A stretch of 9,736 nt of DNA from Promethearchaeota archaeon (GTDB lineage: Archaea > Asgardarchaeota > Thorarchaeia > Thorarchaeales > Thorarchaeaceae). Position numbers and translations under genes: made by a program. The notes beneath the pieces are model-generated. The model saw only the letters and a program-made list of their open reading frames with translations, ran no database searches and was not told the origin of the DNA. Below, in pieces: positions 1 through 5,533 of this stretch. The DNA is taken from assembly GCA_027031765.1 (NCBI GenBank), contig JALVPN010000187.1:1-9736 (forward strand). Direction: 5' to 3'. Every line of letters starts with the position of its first letter. Position 1 is the stretch's first letter.

Positions 1-537
1 AGTCCTGCGGATCTCCTGCTGCAACCTGGTCCGGAGCTGCGGGTCAAGGGCTGAGAGCGGCTCGTCGAGGAGCAGGAGGCCCGGTTCGCGTGCCAGGGCA
101 CGGGCAAGCGCCACCCGCTGGGCCTCGCCACCACTGATCTCGTCAGTCCTCCGTCCGAGTAGGTGCCTTATCCCGAGCAGGTCTGCGAGCTCTCCGACAC
201 GCCTCACAACCTCCTCGCTGTCCCAACCAGCCATCTCCGGTCCGAAGGCGATGTTCTCGAAGACATTCATGTTTGGGAACAGCGCTACCGACTGGAACAC
301 CATCCCGATGTTGCGCTCTCTCGGTGGCACATCTGTCACGTCGCGGTCGTCGAACAGGATGCGTCCCTGTTGAGGACGGATGAAACCGGCTATCAGGCGC
401 AGCGTTGTTGTCTTCCCGGCCCCACTGGGCCCCAGCAGGGTCATGAACGTACCGTCCCTGACCATCAGGTCAATGGGCCCCACACGGGTCCCGTCCTTGA
501 AGACCCTCATGACCCCTTCAAGTGTGACGCTGACCAT
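1..537 (-). CDS. thiQ: ABC transporter ATP-binding subunit (thiamine import, ThiQ/PotA-like); 3' end truncated by the window edge
   Basis: Not in the ORF track. Manual minus-strand translation from ATG 537-535 gives MVSVTLEGVMRVFKDGTRVGPIDLMVRDGTFMTLLGPSGAGKTTTLRLIAG...FQSVALFPNMNVFENIAFG...ISGGEAQRVALARALAREPGLLLLDEPLSALDP..., open to base 1. It has Walker A GPSGAGKT, Q-loop, ABC signature ISGGE, Walker B LLLLDE and D-loop SALD. The ATG overlaps the permease stop (TGATG). The thiQ name is assigned from operon context. Confidence 0.9.
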   Translation of the reverse strand, partial: MVSVTLEGVMRVFKDGTRVGPIDLMVRDGTFMTLLGPSGAGKTTTLRLIAGFIRPQQGRILFDDRDVTDVPPRERNIGMVFQSVALFPNMNVFENIAFGPEMAGWDSEEVVRRVGELADLLGIRHLLGRRTDEISGGEAQRVALARALAREPGLLLLDEPLSALDPQLRTRLQQEIRRT

Positions 538-2183
538 CAGAGTACACCTCCACCAGACTCTTCGGACAGGCGCTCAATCACGAGGAACGAGACCACGCAT
601 GCGGCCACCAGAAAGAGCGATGCCGCACCCGCCTGTACGAACTTCCTCACCGCAAGGTCACGGTAGATGACGACAGCAAGGGTATAGTTCTGGGGGAGGG
701 CAATGAACATTGTGGCCGACATCTCACCAATCGCCATGGCGAACGCAAAGACCGCCCCGACCAGGACACCTGGCGCGAGGAGCGGCAGCTCCACAAAGAG
801 TAGACGCTGGAGCCCTGATGCACCCAGCGAGTCGGCCTGGTCGAGCAGCTCCGGGTCAATCCTGTCCAGTGCAATGCCTATGGACTTGGCAGTGAAGGGT
901 AGACCGAGGACGGTCTGGGCGATGACTATCAGCGGCCACGGACTGGTGGTCAGGCCCAGTGGGATTGCAAGGCTCATCATGAGCCCGTACGCAATGGTGA
1001 TGGACGAGACCCCCAGTGGGAGCAGCACCATCATTGAGACGAGACTCCGGCCCCAGCCCCCAGCGTCGCGCCGTGCGTATGCCAGTGGGATGCCAAGGGC
1101 CACCGCAAGGAGCGTTGCGAGGGTCGCATACAGCACAGAGTTCACGAGCGGTAGCAGCCCGCCACCAGCCCCAGCAACGAACATGTTGGTGACCCCATCG
1201 AGTGTGTACGTGGCCGAGACCGGGTCGTAGAAGGCAGCATGTGCCACCGCCGCCACAGGCCCTGCTACCAGGAGAACCAGTACTCCCACGTAGACCAGGG
1301 CCAGGGCCTTCAGTACCGCCGGTACCTCTCCGAGTGCGACCGTGCGGGCATAGCGTGTGCGCCCGGTCGCTGAACCGTCGGCAGTGGCGAGCCGTGAGTA
1401 CAGTACTGCAAGTGTCATGGTCACCAGGACCTGGACGACGGCCAGCGTGCTCGCCCTGCCGTACTCGAACCACCTGAAGGAGTCGTAGATCATCACCTCA
1501 ATCGTCTTGTACCGCCCCTGACCAAGGGACAGCACTATGGGGAACGACATGAAACAGAACAGGAACGTCAGGACGGCGGACGCAGCCACTGATGGCAAGA
1601 TATGTGGCAGGACAATGTGGCGCAGCCTCTGCAGTGTACCTGCACCAAGCAGTTCTGCGCTCTCTTCCAGTCCGGGGTCCAGTCGTTCGAGAGAGGACGA
1701 CACCATGAGTATTACGAGTGGGACGTTGTAGAAGGCGTGGGCAAGGACAATGCCCACAACCCCAGTGGCAAGGTCGACCACGGTGGTACTGCTTCCCGTG
1801 ACCACCATTGCCACAGAGTCGACGATGCCGTACGCACCGAACATGCGGATGAACCCGACAACGACAACAATGGGCGGGAGTACAAATGGCACTATGAGGA
1901 GGGCCCGCACGAGGCCGCGGCCGTGGAACCTCAGTCGTGCGAATAGAAACGCACCCGGCAGGCCCAGCACCACACTCAGCACGGTGCTCAGGACGGCCTG
2001 CCAGGTGCTGAACGCGAATACCCTCAGTGTAATACCGGAGGTCAGGGTCTCGACAGAGGAAGGGCCAGGGCCCGCCACCAGGCCCCGTACTATCGCACCT
2101 ACTACCGGGTAGACGAGGAACGCCAGCAGCAGTACGAACGGGACGAGTCTCCCCAGTGTACCGGGCCCCGGCAGTCCGCCCAT
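537..2183 (-). CDS. thiP: ABC transporter permease with two fused TM domains (thiamine permease ThiP / FbpB-like)
   Basis: 548 aa and very hydrophobic, with two EAA-like loops (LEESAELLGAG, LLDQADSLGASG). It contains FSTWQAVLSTVLSVVLGLPGA and PFVLPPIVVV segments typical of ThiP. It sits between a thiamine-binding protein and an ABC ATPase. Confidence 0.88.
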   Translation of the reverse strand: MGGLPGPGTLGRLVPFVLLLAFLVYPVVGAIVRGLVAGPGPSSVETLTSGITLRVFAFSTWQAVLSTVLSVVLGLPGAFLFARLRFHGRGLVRALLIVPFVLPPIVVVVGFIRMFGAYGIVDSVAMVVTGSSTTVVDLATGVVGIVLAHAFYNVPLVILMVSSSLERLDPGLEESAELLGAGTLQRLRHIVLPHILPSVAASAVLTFLFCFMSFPIVLSLGQGRYKTIEVMIYDSFRWFEYGRASTLAVVQVLVTMTLAVLYSRLATADGSATGRTRYARTVALGEVPAVLKALALVYVGVLVLLVAGPVAAVAHAAFYDPVSATYTLDGVTNMFVAGAGGGLLPLVNSVLYATLATLLAVALGIPLAYARRDAGGWGRSLVSMMVLLPLGVSSITIAYGLMMSLAIPLGLTTSPWPLIVIAQTVLGLPFTAKSIGIALDRIDPELLDQADSLGASGLQRLLFVELPLLAPGVLVGAVFAFAMAIGEMSATMFIALPQNYTLAVVIYRDLAVRKFVQAGAASLFLVAACVVSFLVIERLSEESGGGVL

Positions 2184-2193
2184 TGTCTTCGCC

Positions 2194-3372
2194 TCAGCCC
2201 ACCATTATTTCGTCCCACTCACTGAGCCACCCAGTGAGGTCCGCTGCAATGTCGGAACGCGTGAGGACACTGTTCAGTAGCTCGACATCGTCAGGGTGTA
2301 GCGCGTACTGGTAGACTGATGGCAGCTCCACATGCATGTTCGCGGGGTACATCCACTGGTTGAGGGCTATGTGCGCCTGCACTGCCCCGGTCAGACAGTA
2401 GTCGATGAACGCCCTTGCCAGGTCCGGGTGTGGGGCGCCCTTGACGAGGCCAATCCCCTCCACCTGCATCCAGGCGTAGTGGGCCCCATTGTAGTAGACC
2501 GTCGCCACGGCCGTGTCCGGTGCCGAGCCATTCAGGTAGTGCGACGAGTACGCGGGGTCCGTGCCATAGCTCACCAAGAGGTGACGTGATGGGTCGCTGT
2601 CCCACACGCTCCACGCCTCGTCCCATCCTGGCTGCACGTCTATCAGTCCCTTGACATCGGACCACCACTGCCGCCAGTCGGTTCCCACCAGCTTCTCCTG
2701 CACCGCAATCTCGGTGAGGAGGAACGACAGCCCCGGACTGCTCTCGTGTGGGTTCTCTGTCACAAGGGCAGACGCTAGCCCCGGCGTTGCCAGGTCGGCG
2801 AACGTCAGGTTGGCCAGCTCTGGATGGGTCGTCACATTGATTGTCGACTGCTGGTAGACCAGTGTGACCAGGCCGAAGTCGAAGGGGAGCAGCCGGTGTT
2901 CGGGGTCGAGGGCGTCTATCAGCTCCTGGTCAATGAGGTCCAGGTCCGCGGGTGTATATGGTTCGAAGACAATGTCTGCTATCTCGGTCTCTGTCATCAC
3001 GTCGTCAATGGGGATGGACCCCCTCTGCAGTACCTGGATGTTGTCAATCCCAATCACCACGTCCGCCACCGGGTTGTCCGCCTCAGCCATCAGCCGGGAC
3101 AGGACCCCACTGGCATCCGTGGGCAGCCGGACTATCTCCACATCCACACCGTACTGTTCTTCGAAGGGCCCGAACACGACCTCATCGATTGTGCTTGGGT
3201 CGTCGCCCCACATCATGAAGCTGCCGTAGGTGTAGACCTTGAGGGTCGTCCGACCAGCCAGCTGCGTGTTGAGGACCGCAACGCCAGCGACCAGTACGAT
3301 TACCGCCAGGGCAGCCACCGCGACTATCTTCTTCGGGTCTCTCCTGGGGGTGTACTCCTCCACTTTGCTCAC
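2194..3372 (-). CDS. thiB: Thiamine ABC transporter substrate-binding protein (ThiB/TbpA), N-terminally membrane anchored
   Basis: TbpA-like motifs: YTYGSF, DVVIGIDN, PFDFG, NPHESSPGLSFL, GWDEAW, SYGTDPAY, QVEG, NQWMYP. An N-terminal hydrophobic helix IVAVAALAVIVLVAGVAVL follows the basic stretch RRDPKK. The ORF-track start at 3444 runs through the AT-rich promoter region, so the real start is probably GTG 3372 or GTG 3363. Confidence 0.88.
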   Translation of the reverse strand: MSKVEEYTPRRDPKKIVAVAALAVIVLVAGVAVLNTQLAGRTTLKVYTYGSFMMWGDDPSTIDEVVFGPFEEQYGVDVEIVRLPTDASGVLSRLMAEADNPVADVVIGIDNIQVLQRGSIPIDDVMTETEIADIVFEPYTPADLDLIDQELIDALDPEHRLLPFDFGLVTLVYQQSTINVTTHPELANLTFADLATPGLASALVTENPHESSPGLSFLLTEIAVQEKLVGTDWRQWWSDVKGLIDVQPGWDEAWSVWDSDPSRHLLVSYGTDPAYSSHYLNGSAPDTAVATVYYNGAHYAWMQVEGIGLVKGAPHPDLARAFIDYCLTGAVQAHIALNQWMYPANMHVELPSVYQYALHPDDVELLNSVLTRSDIAADLTGWLSEWDEIMVG

Positions 3373-3383
3373 CCTTATATCGG

Positions 3384-3390
3384 TATTATA
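3384..3390 (-). promoter_or_regulatory. Candidate TATA box for the thiBPQ operon
   Basis: TATAATA on the minus strand, beginning 27 nt upstream of GTG 3363 (leaderless geometry), in one of the few AT-rich patches of the window. Confidence 0.5.
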
Positions 3391-3403
3391 CAACGGCGTT
3401 GTA
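3389..3403. promoter_or_regulatory. Candidate ThiR operator (palindrome TACAAC-GGC-GTTGTA)
   Basis: Perfect 6-bp inverted repeat with a 3-nt spacer in the 75-bp thiB/thiR divergent intergenic region. It overlaps the upstream edge of the thiB TATA candidate. Confidence 0.55.
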
Positions 3404-3415
3404 GGACACAGTACG

Positions 3416-3422
3416 ATATATA
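3416..3422 (+). promoter_or_regulatory. Candidate TATA box for thiR (leaderless); symmetric, so possibly bidirectional
   Basis: ATATATA ends 25 nt before ATG 3448, and there is no Shine-Dalgarno before that ATG. Confidence 0.55.
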
Positions 3423-3447
3423 CGCTTCTGTAGGAACGTGACACGAG

Positions 3448-4395
3448 ATGCGACCACCGTGTGAGGTCGTCCAGACCGACTTCCTACCAGCAGTGAGGTC
3501 ACGCCTCGCCGTCCTGCTCCGGGAGCGCGGCCTGTCCCAGGTCGAGATAGCAGACCGGATGAACATCACACAGGCTGCGGTCAGCAAGTACCTGCGTCAG
3601 GAGGTGCAGGACACCCCACTGACACGACGGGCTGCGGCACTGGCCAGCCGCCTTGCAGAGGCAATCATGACCGGCGGGCATAGTGCGGAGGCCCTGGTAC
3701 ACATGGTCTGCAAAGAGTGCATGGTCGCACGTATCCGCTCCGACATCTGCGCACTGCACCGTGAACGGCTACCTGTACTCGATGACCTCGACTGTCAGGT
3801 GTGTACTCACCTGCTGGGTGGCACCGAGCCCGGACTGCAGGACCGCTCGCGTGTCCTGGATGACCTGAGCAGTGCCCTGCGCCTCCTTGAGGGCGACACA
3901 GGCTTCGCAGCACTTGTGCCCCAGGTCAGGGCGAACCTTGTGGCATGTGGTGCCTCGGCCCAGTCGGTTGCCGATGTTGCAGGGGTGCCTGGGCGGATCA
4001 CAGTGGTGGGCGGTCGTGCCAGGGCACTTGTGGGGCCGCAGTTCGGGGCGTCGCGCCACACGGCGGGCCTCCTGTTATGGGCGAAGAGTGTGTGGCCGCC
4101 ATCACGTGCATGCCTGTGCATATCGGGACGTCCGGAGGTCGTGCGGTGCGCAGAGGACGCCGGTGTCGATGTCGTGCGGCTCCCGAGGCCGGCCGTGGAG
4201 GTCGGGGAGATTGTTGGGCACATGAGTGACCGGACATGGTCGTCTGGGGACGACGAGAGGCCGCGTGGGCTGCATGTCCCCGGTGGTGTCGGCGTCGAGC
4301 CTGTGCTCTACATCTTTGGTACCACTGCCACTGGACTGGCCAGGCTTGCCGTGCAGATTGCCTCGGCAGTGAGGAGTGCTGGTGGACAGGACTGA
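3448..4395 (+). CDS. thiR: ThiR transcriptional regulator: N-terminal HTH plus C-terminal ThiN (thiamine-phosphate synthase-like) domain
   Basis: The N-terminus MRPPCEVV...LPAVRSRLA...GLSQVEIADRMNITQAAVSKYL is an archaeal XRE-like HTH. A Cys/His linker follows (CKEC...CALH...CQVC). The ThiN-fold motifs are PQVRANLV, VAGVPGRI, PQFGASRH and GGVGVEP. The gene is divergent from thiBPQ. Confidence 0.88.
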   Translation: MRPPCEVVQTDFLPAVRSRLAVLLRERGLSQVEIADRMNITQAAVSKYLRQEVQDTPLTRRAAALASRLAEAIMTGGHSAEALVHMVCKECMVARIRSDICALHRERLPVLDDLDCQVCTHLLGGTEPGLQDRSRVLDDLSSALRLLEGDTGFAALVPQVRANLVACGASAQSVADVAGVPGRITVVGGRARALVGPQFGASRHTAGLLLWAKSVWPPSRACLCISGRPEVVRCAEDAGVDVVRLPRPAVEVGEIVGHMSDRTWSSGDDERPRGLHVPGGVGVEPVLYIFGTTATGLARLAVQIASAVRSAGGQD

Positions 4396-4402
4396 GGCGA
4401 GG

Positions 4403-4439
4403 CGTCACATCCTCCACGCAGTGGCGTTGGGAGGGGACG
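4403..4439 (+). terminator. GC-rich stem-loop just after the thiR stop (possible terminator or processing element)
   Basis: CGTC-acat-CCTCC-ACGC-agtg-GCGT-tg-GGAGG-g-GACG pairs into an interrupted hairpin 7 nt after TGA 4393-4395. No U-tract follows. Confidence 0.25.
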
Positions 4440-4635
4440 TGTCGGTGTCCGCAATGGGCAAGGCAACACATAGTCTTATCTTTGGTCCCGTATGCCTTCA
4501 GTATGCGTCCTGCAACGGGTACTGCCGGTGACAGGCACGGACGGTGCAGGTGTCTGCAATTACCCCGACGAGGGGAGAACGGAGAACATGGTACGCATGG
4601 AGGCCTCCGATGAAAGGGTACAGGGTGTCGTACAG

Positions 4636-5505
4636 ATGGCCGGCTCAGACAGCGCTCTGGTCATACGCAGGGGTCAGATGCGTGACTGCAAGGACCTCTT
4701 GACAGTCTACCTTGGTACACACTGGCAGGACGGCTTCACCACCGTGGAACAGGTGAGGGCAGTACACCGTGTGCCGGGACTGCCGAGGTGGGGATGGCTT
4801 GTCGCAGAGCATGAGGGCACTGTCATTGGGGAGGTGCTCTTCCACGTAGAACAGAACCCGGTGTCAGGTAAGACAGGTGTTATCGATGACGTCGGTGTTG
4901 ACGTGCGCTACCAGAAGCGGTACGGCATTGGCACCGCGCTCGTGCGTGCTGCAGAGGGGGCGCTGCGCCAGCGTCGTGCACCAAGGGCCTTTGCCCTCTC
5001 CCCACCAGAGGCATACAACTTCTGGATGAAGGTCAAGTACTTTGCTAGGGGCAGCCTTGTCAGGCTCGGTGCTGCTCCGAAGGACGTGCCACGCAAGAGG
5101 ACGAAGAGAGTCGAGACGAGAGAGGTCGGTGAGGTGCGCACCCTGCCACGTGCGTTCCAGTTCAACCACCTCTCTCCTCCGGGGGTGCTCATGACGACGG
5201 CCCGTAGTGTGCTGGGCAACGTGATCCCGGGCAGGCTCTTCGAGTTCTACAGTGGTGACAGGCTGATAGGTGTCGGTGCCGTCTGTCTGGAGGGCCCGGA
5301 GACCGCCCGCTTCGTTGCAGACGTCACACCTGCTGGAGAGGAGTTCGTAGATGTGGTCATCGCACGGACTGCAAAGGCGGCCTCGGCTATGAGGGCACGT
5401 CACGTGTTCACAGTAGTGCCCAAGGCTGTCCAGGACTTCTTTGTCAACCTGTCCTCCTGGAAGGTCGAGCCAGCAGTCGAGATACCGGTCACGAGGCTCC
5501 TCTGA
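4636..5505 (+). CDS. GNAT-family N-acetyltransferase with a C-terminal extension (possibly a degenerate second GNAT domain)
   Basis: GNAT strands WLVAEHEGTVIGEV, acetyl-CoA motif A VIDDVGVDVRYQKRYGIGTALVRAAE, and AYNFW..VKY near the end of the domain. ATG 4636 has GGGTG 8 nt upstream; ATG 4588 and 4597 are in-frame alternatives. The track start at 4492 is probably too long. Confidence 0.8.
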   Translation: MAGSDSALVIRRGQMRDCKDLLTVYLGTHWQDGFTTVEQVRAVHRVPGLPRWGWLVAEHEGTVIGEVLFHVEQNPVSGKTGVIDDVGVDVRYQKRYGIGTALVRAAEGALRQRRAPRAFALSPPEAYNFWMKVKYFARGSLVRLGAAPKDVPRKRTKRVETREVGEVRTLPRAFQFNHLSPPGVLMTTARSVLGNVIPGRLFEFYSGDRLIGVGAVCLEGPETARFVADVTPAGEEFVDVVIARTAKAASAMRARHVFTVVPKAVQDFFVNLSSWKVEPAVEIPVTRLL

Positions 5506-5533
5506 ACGTGGCCGCGTCCAATTGTCTGCCCAA

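Noticed and set aside
163-2112. Plus-strand ORFs such as 163..666, 703..1230 and 1750..2112, and the alternative-frame minus ORFs
   Set aside because: Antisense or frame shadows of thiQ/thiP with no recognisable motifs, as expected in GC-rich DNA.
3373-3444. N-terminal extension of ThiB (MSRSYRSVYIVLC...) given by the ORF track
   Set aside because: It runs through the TATA boxes and palindrome and would start 3 nt from the divergent thiR ATG; GTG 3372 or 3363 fits better.
3373-3447. TPP riboswitch upstream of thiBPQ
   Set aside because: Only 75 AT-rich nt are available, and there is no CTGAGA or CCTGA...AATGC...GGGA-type core.
4492-4587. Long N-terminal extension of the GNAT ORF
   Set aside because: No domain content or ribosome-binding site; the GNAT fold starts after ATG 4636.
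3499-4613. Overlapping ORFs across thiR (3807..4223, 3998..4471, 4236..4613)
   Set aside because: Low-complexity Arg/Ala/Pro-rich shadows of a well-supported gene.
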